Below, piece by piece: positions 54,504 to 63,861 of a stretch of DNA of 64,000 bases. Position numbers and translations under genes: made by a program. The stretch spans positions 62,001 to 126,000 of the IMG/VR virus record IMGVR_UViG_3300046092_000062, one strand, 5' to 3'. The notes beneath the pieces were generated by a model. The model was given only the letters and a program-made list of their open reading frames with translations. It did not search any database and was not told where the DNA came from. How positions within the stretch are numbered: position 1 is the stretch's first letter; each line of letters starts with the position of its first letter.

Positions 54504-55621
54504 TGAAATTCAGCTTTATTAACATGCTGACTGAAGCAGCAGATCCACGTATTCCCCACCCAGAGGATGCTATCTTTGGACCCAATGGTAGTGCAGATGC
54601 TGCACAAGCTCTTGCGGGACTTAGAGGTGCTATTGCCCAAGCTGGTAATATGAGTATTAAATGGGACGGTGGTATTGCATTGTGGTTTGGCCGTAACGAA
54701 CAAGGACAGTTGGTAGTGACTGACAAGTACATGCCAGACAAAGGTGTGCTAGCAACTAGCCCCGAGCAATGGCGTGAATACGATTTACAAAAGAAGTCGG
54801 GAACAACTCGTGATGACTTGTATGCAAAGCTAGCACAAATGTGGCCTGCATTAGATAAAGCAGTTGTTGGTCCAGGATGGTTCTTCGGCGACCTAATGTA
54901 CAGCGAACCATTGACTCCTATCCATGGACGCTTTGTGTTTAAGGGCCCAACAGTTGAGTACCGTGTTCCTATTGAAAGCGAACTAGGACATTTAATTAAC
55001 AGATCTATTGCGGGCATTGTTGTACACGTACAGTCGGATTCCCCCGGCGGTACAAAAACACCTTGGAACGGCAACGGTTTGCGTAATATTCCAGGCGGTG
55101 TGGCTATTATTAACCCTACTTTAGGCATTAAATTTAGCCTCAAGGAGCCTGTGCAGCTTTCTAAAGCAGCAGATGCGGCAATTAAAAAGTGGGGCCCAAC
55201 TGTAGACCAATTCCTTGCTACACAGTCTGGAACAGCAAAAGCTCTGCTACAGCAATTCTTTAACAAGCGTATTACTAACCAGCCCGAAGGCAGGGATCTT
55301 GTTGAGTTCTTGAAAGCAAAAGCTAGCGGAAAGCAGTTTCAAATCCTAGTAGGCGATCAGGAAACTCCTGGTGCGTTGTATGCACAAAATGCAGAAGGTG
55401 GCCTAGATGAAAGTCCGGGATACACAGGGCTTAAAGCAATATGGAACGCAATCTATGCGTTTAAAGTTAACCTAAGTCAACAGCTTGAAACTCAAGTTAA
55501 GGGACTAGAACAGTTTAGTGGTGGCCAACCCGGCGGCGAAGGATTTGTATTTCCGAGCCCAAATGGCCTGGTTAAAATTGTAAATCGTGGGCAGTTCGGC
55601 GCAGCGCATTTTAACAAGTAA
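54503..55621 (+). CDS. ATP-grasp covalent nucleotidyltransferase (RNA/DNA ligase-like, DUF6267-like)
   Basis: Motif I SIKWDG, motif III-like FFGDLMY, motif IV GEGFV, motif V LVKIV; no OB domain. Confidence 0.68.
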   Translation: MKFSFINMLTEAADPRIPHPEDAIFGPNGSADAAQALAGLRGAIAQAGNMSIKWDGGIALWFGRNEQGQLVVTDKYMPDKGVLATSPEQWREYDLQKKSGTTRDDLYAKLAQMWPALDKAVVGPGWFFGDLMYSEPLTPIHGRFVFKGPTVEYRVPIESELGHLINRSIAGIVVHVQSDSPGGTKTPWNGNGLRNIPGGVAIINPTLGIKFSLKEPVQLSKAADAAIKKWGPTVDQFLATQSGTAKALLQQFFNKRITNQPEGRDLVEFLKAKASGKQFQILVGDQETPGALYAQNAEGGLDESPGYTGLKAIWNAIYAFKVNLSQQLETQVKGLEQFSGGQPGGEGFVFPSPNGLVKIVNRGQFGAAHFNK

Positions 55622-55695
55622 ATAGCCAGTCTTTTTCTCAAAGAGATAAATATTTACATGAGGCGTATAGCCCATTCATTAAAAGGAAATTTAAA

Positions 55696-56094
55696 ATGGC
55701 ATTAGGACAAGTAAAAGTAAACGGCAAAGCAGCCGCAGGTGCATTCCAAGGTTACCAACCATTGGTTATTAAAATCGCTGACAGCCAATCTGGCTTCACA
55801 GCTACAACAGGTGGTACAAGTCAATCTGCACCATTGGTTGAAGGTGGTTACGACCAAGGTATCCGTGCAGTAGAAACATTGGGTTCTATCGTATGGGCTG
55901 GCGCTCAAACTAACGCATCTTTGTGCGTTATCGTTGACGGTGCTACATTCAACGCAGGCGCAGGTGCAACAACATCTGGTGCTTACGGTGCTTTGAAGGA
56001 TGCAGTTGCATCTGCAACAGGCATGGGTGCTGGTAACTTGACAGTTACTACATCTAGCGTGTTGAACGGCGCTGGTACATTCACATTCGCTTAA
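55696..56094 (+). CDS. small Ala/Gly-rich putative virion protein
   Basis: TAAATA at 55647, strong codon bias, followed by terminator. Confidence 0.65.
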   Translation: MALGQVKVNGKAAAGAFQGYQPLVIKIADSQSGFTATTGGTSQSAPLVEGGYDQGIRAVETLGSIVWAGAQTNASLCVIVDGATFNAGAGATTSGAYGALKDAVASATGMGAGNLTVTTSSVLNGAGTFTFA

Positions 56095-56113
56095 TATTTT
56101 AAGCAGTGAAAAC

Positions 56114-56138
56114 AAAAAGGCTCTTAGGAGCCTTTTTT
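56114..56138 (+). terminator. rho-independent terminator
   Basis: AAAAAGGCTC-TTAG-GAGCCTTTTTT. Confidence 0.85.
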
Positions 56139-56174
56139 AATGGCTAACTAAATATAGTATATTGGAGATATAAC

Positions 56175-56618
56175 ATGGCCTCAGGCGCATTAAAAGTAAA
56201 CGGCGATGCAACCGCAGTAGTTGCAACAGATATTGATGGTAACACAGACGGCTCGGCCCGCACTGCCACTGGCATCATTGCACCAGGTATGAGTGGCCGC
56301 ATCACTGCATATAAGATCACAGGTGTTGGCGGATATGCTGCAAGCAACTTAACTCTTGAAAGCGGCATTAACCGCACAACAGGTAACGTTGGGTTAGTAT
56401 CACAGATGCTTGGGGTTATTCAGCAACGTAACACAGTTGTAGCATACCAAGTCGAAAGCGGCAGTAATCAACTAAGTGCATTAGTAGAACACAGTGCATG
56501 GACTGACGCAGAATTGCAAGCATACATTCGTGCAAACATTACACAACTTGGTGTATACGGTAACAGCACAGTGTCTAGCGTATCAGTTGCTAGCACAGGC
56601 GGCTTGAAGTTAGCATAA
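56175..56618 (+). CDS. small putative virion protein, similar start to 55696 ORF
   Basis: MASGALKVNG vs MALGQVKVNG; TAAATA at 56149. Confidence 0.65.
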   Translation: MASGALKVNGDATAVVATDIDGNTDGSARTATGIIAPGMSGRITAYKITGVGGYAASNLTLESGINRTTGNVGLVSQMLGVIQQRNTVVAYQVESGSNQLSALVEHSAWTDAELQAYIRANITQLGVYGNSTVSSVSVASTGGLKLA

Positions 56619-56638
56619 GAGTTAACACTTAACAACAG

Positions 56639-56662
56639 AGGCAGTTTTATACTGCCTTTTTT
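56639..56662 (+). terminator. rho-independent terminator
   Basis: AGGCAG-TTTTATA-CTGCCT-TTTTT. Confidence 0.75.
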
Positions 56663-56681
56663 GTTGGACATAAATATCTAC

Positions 56682-57128
56682 ATGAACCGAGAACTACAGT
56701 TTTATACAGGATACACACTAGTGGACATTACTGCCACTGGTGTAACCCGATATAGACCTGAGCAAGAGTTTGAAAGAAATCAGCAACGTAACTGGGAAAC
56801 GGTATTGCAGACAATGGGTCTTAGAACCCAGCCTCTCATGATCAACGGACCGATATGCACAGAAAGTAACCTAGCAGATGGATGGAACTTTGGAGAATAT
56901 TACCGAGGACGCCATAAGATCTGGGTTTGGACCTTTGCAATCGAGCACCAAGACGTTTTCCTAGTGGGAGATAATCCACAAGGTGGCTTAGAAACTGACT
57001 TTGAACAAATTCCTGTCGTAACCGGATTGGCAGAAACAGCTCGTTTTATGTTGCCTATCTTTTATCCGCATGGCGCGATAAAAAATGTGTACTTTAAAAA
57101 CCTGGCAATAGACTTAAATAATATTTAA
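56682..57128 (+). CDS. hypothetical protein
   Basis: TAAATA at 56671; start moved to 56682. Confidence 0.7.
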   Translation: MNRELQFYTGYTLVDITATGVTRYRPEQEFERNQQRNWETVLQTMGLRTQPLMINGPICTESNLADGWNFGEYYRGRHKIWVWTFAIEHQDVFLVGDNPQGGLETDFEQIPVVTGLAETARFMLPIFYPHGAIKNVYFKNLAIDLNNI

Positions 57129-57218
57129 TGCTACGGCACACACAGGCACTCTTTTATGGCACACATTTTGGCACACTCAACAGCATTGTTATCTGAATAA
57201 CAAATAAGGAATATCGCA

Positions 57219-57476
57219 ATGGCGACGGAAATTGAAAAAGAGAATCTTGAAGCGCACGTAGAATTATGTGCTGAAAGGTATAAGAATTTGGACACTAAGC
57301 TAAACAGTCTTGATGAAAGAATGAGTCGCGTTGAGGATTTAATCGTGAGTATTAAAGAATCGCTTGCCGCTGCTCCCGATGCATCAAACAAAACAATTAT
57401 CACTATTGGTACAGCAATCATCGGCGTGTTGATCTCCGGTTTTGTTGTTGTGCTAGTTAACTTTGTCAACAAATGA
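57219..57476 (+). CDS. coiled-coil protein with C-terminal TM helix
   Basis: Heptad region then IITIGTAIIGVLISGFVVVLV. Confidence 0.65.
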   Translation: MATEIEKENLEAHVELCAERYKNLDTKLNSLDERMSRVEDLIVSIKESLAAAPDASNKTIITIGTAIIGVLISGFVVVLVNFVNK

Positions 57477-57685
57477 AAATTGTTGAACTATTAAACCACA
57501 TTAGATTGTCCATCACAAACGAAGAAGCGGATGTGTTGGGCAAATTTAATGAACACGAAATAATTAAACGGGCCGACCTGAACGAGCGCGAAATTCACAT
57601 TGCAAATCAATTAGTCAACAAAGATGTATTGTTGAGAAAGAATCAAGATGGCCAAATCACGTACAAGAAAAAATCCCATAACTAA
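57473..57685 (+). CDS. hypothetical protein
   Basis: ATGA-coupled 70 aa. Confidence 0.6.
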   Translation: MKIVELLNHIRLSITNEEADVLGKFNEHEIIKRADLNEREIHIANQLVNKDVLLRKNQDGQITYKKKSHN

Positions 57686-58175
57686 TGGGCAAGTAGTCGA
57701 GGCAATGGTAGCAGTAGATTTAGCTGCACAATATGTCAAAACCTGGACTAAAAATGAAACTCAAAAACTAATAAAAAGCGAACCCTTGATCATCCCCACT
57801 AAGGATGGATGGCAAGTTGGTAAGCACTCTATAAAACAGTCAGCAGGTGTTTGGCAACTATTCAACGACTTCACTGAGTTGATGGCCACATTCACTTGCA
57901 AACAATCTGCTGTGACGTACTCGTTGCTATATCAAACTGGCCGCTTGAAGCAAGCACAGAATTTATACCGAAACGATACGACACTAAGTAAGTTAACACA
58001 GGATAAAATCTATTACGTACACAACAGAAATCGAGCAATTAAGCGCGATGATATGTTTACAGTTGACGTATTAGATGCTAGAATAACAGATAATAGTATC
58101 ATGTTAGATCTAGCTAAAATAGATCTTGAAAAAACTTTAAATCAGGCTAAATATCTAAAAGGTATCTGGGAATAA
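57648..58175 (+). CDS. hypothetical protein
   Basis: 175 aa ORF, true start uncertain. Confidence 0.6.
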   Translation: MAKSRTRKNPITNGQVVEAMVAVDLAAQYVKTWTKNETQKLIKSEPLIIPTKDGWQVGKHSIKQSAGVWQLFNDFTELMATFTCKQSAVTYSLLYQTGRLKQAQNLYRNDTTLSKLTQDKIYYVHNRNRAIKRDDMFTVDVLDARITDNSIMLDLAKIDLEKTLNQAKYLKGIWE

Positions 58176-58180
58176 CCACT

Positions 58181-58864
58181 ATGAGATTAAACGAAATGGG
58201 CGCTAAGCCAACCGCAAAACAAATGAACAAAGTCATGGAAAGCCGCTTTGGTTTCCAAGTTGACTATGCAAACTTAACCTTCAAGAAGGCTTACACGATG
58301 GCAACTGCTATCAGCGAAAGCCTAAACAAGATTAAGAGTACACACGGCGTTCACACTGCTGAAAAGAATCCATCTTACATGGAAATGCTTATGGTACGTG
58401 AAAGCCTACACAGCTGGATGCGTGACAACAAACAACAGTTGATCAACGAAAGCGAAATGGCCAAGTCTGAAGCTATCTTAGCTGCAAAAGACATGGTTGA
58501 TAGCATCCAAGACATGTTGGAAAAAATCAGCAAAATGCAGAACGAACAGTTACCTGCATTGTTAGACACAATCCGTGACCAAATTGGCATTGAAAAAGCC
58601 GACGGCTTTAAGAGCGCAGTTAGCCCATTGCTAGGCAATTTGGCACAAACACTACAACAAGGTCGCGAAACTGCTGATTCAGCAGCACGTGGCTTAGCCG
58701 GCGAAGACATGGGCCAAGATATGGGCATGGGCGGAGCAGACTTAGGTCCAAGCATGGGCGGTGGTCTTGACGGCGAAATGAGTGATATGGACCAAGGCGC
58801 TGACTTTGGTGCCAGCGATGCAGCAACAGGCGGTACAGCCGACTTAGGCAGAGAAGTACGCTAA
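58181..58864 (+). CDS. putative prohead core/internal head protein
   Basis: MRLNE start, INESE site, acidic Gly/Met-rich tail; TAAATA at 58148. Confidence 0.55.
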   Translation: MRLNEMGAKPTAKQMNKVMESRFGFQVDYANLTFKKAYTMATAISESLNKIKSTHGVHTAEKNPSYMEMLMVRESLHSWMRDNKQQLINESEMAKSEAILAAKDMVDSIQDMLEKISKMQNEQLPALLDTIRDQIGIEKADGFKSAVSPLLGNLAQTLQQGRETADSAARGLAGEDMGQDMGMGGADLGPSMGGGLDGEMSDMDQGADFGASDAATGGTADLGREVR

Positions 58865-59286
58865 TGCGATTCGCAGAAATTATTGTTGAAGACAGCGGCA
58901 TAGGCGCAATGATCGAAGACGAGGCAGAAACTCGTGGAGATAGCGTCTTAGCCACAGCTCTTGAAGAATTACGCAATCGTGCTCATGGGCATTCAGTCCC
59001 TAAGGTACGTGTTGACAGCTTAGTTAATCTAGTTAAGCGTTTACCAGGCGGTGAATCGTTTAACGCAGATGCACTAGAATCTGCACGTAAGAGCAACGAC
59101 ACAATCAAAAACTTAATCACAGATATTAAAGACGACGAAAACGGCGTTAAGTACGTTTACTTGGCTACATTTAGTGATGACGGTTTCGGTGATGAATCGA
59201 CTCCTGGTGCAGAAGACGGAGCACAAACTGCTCCTGAGAAAACTGTTAGCAGTATGGCTAACAGGGCACTAGGAAACCGTGGCTAA
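58864..59286 (+). CDS. acidic hypothetical protein, probably head-associated
   Basis: MRFAEIIVE start. Confidence 0.6.
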   Translation: MRFAEIIVEDSGIGAMIEDEAETRGDSVLATALEELRNRAHGHSVPKVRVDSLVNLVKRLPGGESFNADALESARKSNDTIKNLITDIKDDENGVKYVYLATFSDDGFGDESTPGAEDGAQTAPEKTVSSMANRALGNRG

Positions 59287-59316
59287 ATCTGTTATAGTTG
59301 TCCATAAAGGACTTAT

Positions 59317-59709
59317 ATGGCATATTCAGACAAGGTAATTGATCACTATGAGAACCCACGTAATGTGGGTTCTTTTGCGAGTGAGGACAGCGATGTTGGC
59401 ACTGGTATGGTTGGCGCACCCGCTTGTGGTGACGTAATGAAATTACAAATAAAGGTAGACTCGAATGGAATTATCACCGATGCACGTTTTAAGACTTATG
59501 GTTGCGGGAGTGCTATTGCAAGCAGCTCATTGGTTACTGAGTGGGTTAAAGGAAAAAGTCTGTCCGAAGCAGCAAGCATCACAAACAGTGAGATCGCAGG
59601 CGAGCTAGCTCTACCACCAGTTAAAATCCATTGTAGCATCTTAGCTGAGGATGCAATCAAAGCAGCAATTGAAAATTATCGAGCAAAGAATGATTCTAGT
59701 TTACAGTGA
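59317..59709 (+). CDS. iscU: Fe-S cluster assembly scaffold IscU
   Basis: YSDKVIDHYENPRNVG, PACGD, FKTYGCGSAIASSS, LPPVKIHC. Confidence 0.95.
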   Translation: MAYSDKVIDHYENPRNVGSFASEDSDVGTGMVGAPACGDVMKLQIKVDSNGIITDARFKTYGCGSAIASSSLVTEWVKGKSLSEAASITNSEIAGELALPPVKIHCSILAEDAIKAAIENYRAKNDSSLQ

Positions 59710-60775
59710 TAGTCAGATTATTGACTTAGAGTGGCTTCCAAAAATACAGTTCAACCGCCCATACACAATTTGTCACAGCATCGACGAATACGAAGCAGCA
59801 CAAGTTGACACCAAGATAGCATTTACTACACACCGACTACACTGTGACTTTGATACAGCCTACGTTGGATTTGAAGATAAGATAAACCGTTTAAGTTACA
59901 TTAGTGATTTAGTTTTCACCTTTGAAAGCGAATTGCACAACTTCCATTGGCAAATTTGGGACCAATGCCATCACGACAATGTCTACTGGATGTTGCCAGG
60001 CGCAGTAAACGACAGAGATGACATTAACAGTCACATTCTATGCTGGGGCGACTGGTTTAAAACAACAGCAAATATCTATAAAGCATTGCCAGACAAAGTA
60101 ATGCACATCAACTACTCTGCTACCAAGCCCAAGTACTTTGATGCCTTACTAGGCAGTCCTAAGCCACACAGAGACTTTGTGTTTAAAGCAGTTAACGATA
60201 ACAAGTTAAATGACAAAGTTGTAATGACGTATGGCGGTGACTGGAAAGAAGGCGAGTTCTATGCTAAGGATTACTTTATTTGGGAAGAAGGAACTACACC
60301 AATTGGTCAAACCATTGGCACTGCTGACTGGGCAGACTATTGCGGGCAACGTGTACACCTAAGTCAGATCATTCCTATCAAGACATTCAACGAAACAGCA
60401 TACAGTATCATTGCAGAAACTGACTTTGATAATACACTAAGCTGCTTCACTGAGAAAACGGCCAAGCCAATGATTGGTCGTAGACTGTTTATTGCGTTCA
60501 CCGGTTACAAGTTTATGCACAATCTACGTGCATTGGGCTTCAAAACATTTGATGGAGTAATTGACGAGTCTTATGACTTGATTAAAGACGATAACGAGCG
60601 TTATACTGCCGCATTTGAGCAGGTTAAGTGGCTTTGTGAGCAGGATCAAGATGTTATCTATGCCAAGATCAAGCCTATTGTTGAACATAACTTTCAACTG
60701 CTAATGACACGGGATTGGACAGCATGGCCAGCATCCCGTATCACTGAGGTAATTAACTCAACAATCGTTGGTTAA
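59690..60775 (+). CDS. glycosyltransferase-like protein (GT-B/exostosin-like C-terminus)
   Basis: IIAET...FTEKTAKP...LGFKTF..IDESYD; start moved to 59690. Confidence 0.55.
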   Translation: MILVYSDSQIIDLEWLPKIQFNRPYTICHSIDEYEAAQVDTKIAFTTHRLHCDFDTAYVGFEDKINRLSYISDLVFTFESELHNFHWQIWDQCHHDNVYWMLPGAVNDRDDINSHILCWGDWFKTTANIYKALPDKVMHINYSATKPKYFDALLGSPKPHRDFVFKAVNDNKLNDKVVMTYGGDWKEGEFYAKDYFIWEEGTTPIGQTIGTADWADYCGQRVHLSQIIPIKTFNETAYSIIAETDFDNTLSCFTEKTAKPMIGRRLFIAFTGYKFMHNLRALGFKTFDGVIDESYDLIKDDNERYTAAFEQVKWLCEQDQDVIYAKIKPIVEHNFQLLMTRDWTAWPASRITEVINSTIVG

Positions 60776-61505
60776 CAATTCCGGCCCAGGCAGCATGTGC
60801 AGCAGGGCCTGGATGAAACTTGTCATCCATAAAACTTCCCATACTCTTAGCTAATTCGTAGACCCCGTCTTTGGCGTCGTTTGTAAAGATCCAGTTATCA
60901 AACTTGATTTCACGCAACAGGTGCTGAACTTCAGGGAACCCTGTAACACCAAAGTCACCATTGGGGCTGATATTCTTACCATCAGTCCAGTAGTTTACGT
61001 AACTCATAAACTTGTATTTGATGCCCTTGCTCTCTAAGAAGCTTTGTAGCTTGACCATCTCCATCAAGTTGATCATTGCTAAACTCAATTCACTGGATAC
61101 CTTGTACTGCTCATAGAACATCTTGTGCGCAACAGGATTCTTGTACCATGTGCCCATCTGCCCACCGCTAAAGATGTACCCTAGCTTCTGGTTATCCATC
61201 CTGCGATAAAACCCATAGCTGTCGTATAAGGCATTCCAGTCTGGATCAGTAACGTCGGTTAGGAAATCTAGTCTGCTTACACCACTCCACATAACCAAGA
61301 CTTGGTCATACGCACCGGGATTCTCTAAGACCTTGTGTATAACGCTGTCTGCGATGTATTGGTTACCAGCCGCTGCTTCTGCAATGGTAGTAATCTCTAG
61401 TTCTGGATTGATTTCGTTTAGGTAACGGGGCCAACACGTATTGAGTCCGCCCGGTGTCTCGGGCCATTGGGTAAAGCTACACCCACTTATAAGTAATTTC
61501 ATCAA
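60753..61505 (-). CDS. SGNH/GDSL-like hydrolase
   Basis: SGCSFT, AGNQ, distal FHPG. Confidence 0.62.
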   Translation of the reverse strand: MMKLLISGCSFTQWPETPGGLNTCWPRYLNEINPELEITTIAEAAAGNQYIADSVIHKVLENPGAYDQVLVMWSGVSRLDFLTDVTDPDWNALYDSYGFYRRMDNQKLGYIFSGGQMGTWYKNPVAHKMFYEQYKVSSELSLAMINLMEMVKLQSFLESKGIKYKFMSYVNYWTDGKNISPNGDFGVTGFPEVQHLLREIKFDNWIFTNDAKDGVYELAKSMGSFMDDKFHPGPAAHAAWAGIVNQRLLS

Positions 61506-61513
61506 AATATTTA

Positions 61514-61542
61514 TTGACTATGAGGGCACCAGTTGCTATAAT
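61514..61542 (+). promoter_or_regulatory. sigma70 promoter
   Basis: TTGACT-17-TATAAT. Confidence 0.72.
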
Positions 61543-61548
61543 TACAAT

Positions 61549-62259
61549 ATGTTAACATCACCATATGAATATTCACCATTAAGCAGAGAAACACTAGAAG
61601 GCAAACGTCACTATTGTTTACCCGACGGCAGCAAAGTACCCTCTGTTACCACTATCCTAGACCGTACCAAGAGCGAGGAAAAGAAAGCAGTCCTTGCTAA
61701 CTGGAAAAAGCGGGTAGGCGAGCAGCAAGCACAAAAGATTGTGACAGAAGCTGCTAACCGCGGCACACGTATGCACAGTTACCTAGAGCAGTACATCTTA
61801 ACAGGTGACATGAAGGAACTGCCCTCTAATCCCTTTGCACAACCCAGCTGGTTTATGGCAGCAGAAGTTATCCTACAAGGACTACAACACGTAGACGAGT
61901 TTTGGGGCACAGAAGTTCCACTTTATTATAGTGGGTTATATGCAGGTACCACTGACTGCATTGGCGTATGGAAGGGCAAGCCTGCTATCCTTGACTTTAA
62001 GCAAACTAACAAGCCCAAGAAACGTGAGTGGATTGATGATTACTTTATTCAGCTAGCAGCATACGCCGCAGCACACAATCACACTCACGGCACAGAAATC
62101 AACACTGGCGTTATTTTAATGGCTCAACAGCCAACTACATTGCCCAATGGCGAACTAGACAAGCCGGTTTATACCGAATATGTAATCGAAGGCGATGAGT
62201 TTGCACATTGGGACAAAGAGTGGATGAAACGTGTAGAGATGTATTACCTGTCTAGCTAA
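61549..62259 (+). CDS. PD-(D/E)xK exonuclease (Cas4/lambda-exo-like)
   Basis: PSVTTIL, RGTRMH, EVPL, GTTD, ILDFKQT, QLAAYA; start moved to 61549. Confidence 0.85.
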   Translation: MLTSPYEYSPLSRETLEGKRHYCLPDGSKVPSVTTILDRTKSEEKKAVLANWKKRVGEQQAQKIVTEAANRGTRMHSYLEQYILTGDMKELPSNPFAQPSWFMAAEVILQGLQHVDEFWGTEVPLYYSGLYAGTTDCIGVWKGKPAILDFKQTNKPKKREWIDDYFIQLAAYAAAHNHTHGTEINTGVILMAQQPTTLPNGELDKPVYTEYVIEGDEFAHWDKEWMKRVEMYYLSS

Positions 62260-62286
62260 ATACACAATAGTTAGAGGATTAGCACA

Positions 62287-63858
62287 ATGGCTGTCGTACA
62301 GATTTCACGCATTCAGGCACGTAGAGGCCTACAACAAGATTTACCAGCACTAGCAAGCGCAGAGTTTGCATGGAGTGTTGATACACGTAAGTTATACATC
62401 GGTAACGGCACGTTAGCCGAAGGCGCCCCTACTGAAGGGGCAACGGAGATTTTAACTCAGTATACCGACTTTGCAGCAGTATTAAAGAATTACACGTTTA
62501 AAGGCAATGCTGGCGGATATACTGCACAGACTACTACAAGCCCGCTAAATCCTATCGTACGAACAATTCAAGACAAACTTGACGATATTGTTAGTATCAA
62601 AGACTTTGGCGCAGTAGGCGATGGCGTAGCAGACGACACCGCAGCAATTAATCGTGCAATCCAACAAATTTACTTGACTACACGATTGACAAATTATCCT
62701 CAAGTGCGTAGAACAATCTTCTTCCCTGCAGGTACCTACAACGTAACTGGAGAAACTATTTTAATTCCGCCATATGCTCGTTTAATCGGGGACGGAATCG
62801 AAAGTACAATCATTAAACAAACAGACGGTACACAAACTTCCTTATTCCAGTTTACTGATAGCATGTACCAGACTGGCGCATCGCTAGGACAAAACAGTGC
62901 AACCCTGCCTGGTTACATCACAATCGAAAACATGACATTAGCAACAACTAGTGATCGTGATGTTGTTGCCATTGACAGCGCAGAACATGTGACATTCTTT
63001 GGCGTTGAGTTCTTGGGTAGCCTAAGCAGTCCGACTACTGCTGGTAGTCAAGCATACGCAGGCGTAAAAATCAATTCCTTTGCAGCGACTACTAAGAATA
63101 TCAATTTTTGGTCGTGCAAATTTAAGAACACACGTTACGCAGCATTAAGCGATGACGCTAGCAGCGACGTGAGAATGAACGGGTGTTTATTTGTTGGCTT
63201 GTACAAAGGTCTAAAGCTAGGCCAGAACAGTGCAAGCGTTGCAACCACTCCAAGCAACTACAAAATTCTAAACAGCATTTTTGCCAGTGTTGCAAACAAT
63301 GCAATTGACTGCTATGCAAACGTCACTGGCGTACTAAGCAGCGGCAATCACTTCCTTGACGTCGGTAACAACTTTGCAGGTTCCGGATCTCCTGTGGCAT
63401 CAATTATTTCGTTTGTGGCAAACGGTAACACCAGTGCCAACGATATGTTTGATCGCCCCGATGCTGACAACGTAACAGTTCCTCGATTGAGTTTTAACAA
63501 TGCTAAAAACATTGCAATTCAGGCCAACGTTGGTCTAACAGTTGGTACATATACTATCGGCACTAGCGGATATGCAGTACTAGCAGACAATACACCAGCC
63601 TTTACACAATCAAACATTAACTTAGTCAACGGGTGTACACTAACATACTCAATGACTAGAGGTACAGGTAAGCGTTTTGGTACGTTATTCTTTTCAAACG
63701 ATGGCACCACTGGAGCAAACTTCATTGAGACTGCAACACAAACTGGTTCAAACATTGGAGTTACTATCAGTGCAAGTAACGCTAACGTAATCACATATAC
63801 AACAACTTCTACTGGCTCACCTGCCATCGTTAAATACAACATCAACTACTTCAGTTAA
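62287..63858 (+). CDS. baseplate/tailspike protein with pectate-lyase-3-type beta-helix
   Basis: VVQISRIQARRG, SIKDFGAVGDGVADDTAAINRAI, IFFPAGTY; TAAATA at 62257. Confidence 0.78.
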   Translation: MAVVQISRIQARRGLQQDLPALASAEFAWSVDTRKLYIGNGTLAEGAPTEGATEILTQYTDFAAVLKNYTFKGNAGGYTAQTTTSPLNPIVRTIQDKLDDIVSIKDFGAVGDGVADDTAAINRAIQQIYLTTRLTNYPQVRRTIFFPAGTYNVTGETILIPPYARLIGDGIESTIIKQTDGTQTSLFQFTDSMYQTGASLGQNSATLPGYITIENMTLATTSDRDVVAIDSAEHVTFFGVEFLGSLSSPTTAGSQAYAGVKINSFAATTKNINFWSCKFKNTRYAALSDDASSDVRMNGCLFVGLYKGLKLGQNSASVATTPSNYKILNSIFASVANNAIDCYANVTGVLSSGNHFLDVGNNFAGSGSPVASIISFVANGNTSANDMFDRPDADNVTVPRLSFNNAKNIAIQANVGLTVGTYTIGTSGYAVLADNTPAFTQSNINLVNGCTLTYSMTRGTGKRFGTLFFSNDGTTGANFIETATQTGSNIGVTISASNANVITYTTTSTGSPAIVKYNINYFS

Positions 63859-63861
63859 TTT

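Noticed and set aside
61549-62259. Cas4 as part of a CRISPR-Cas locus
   Set aside because: No array or other cas genes; stand-alone PD-(D/E)xK exonucleases are common in large phages.
23128-63845. Long antisense ORFs (e.g. 23128-23616, 26357-27013, 30154-30699, 50473-51204, 54484-55266)
   Set aside because: Shadow frames of strongly biased sense genes; no motifs or RBS.
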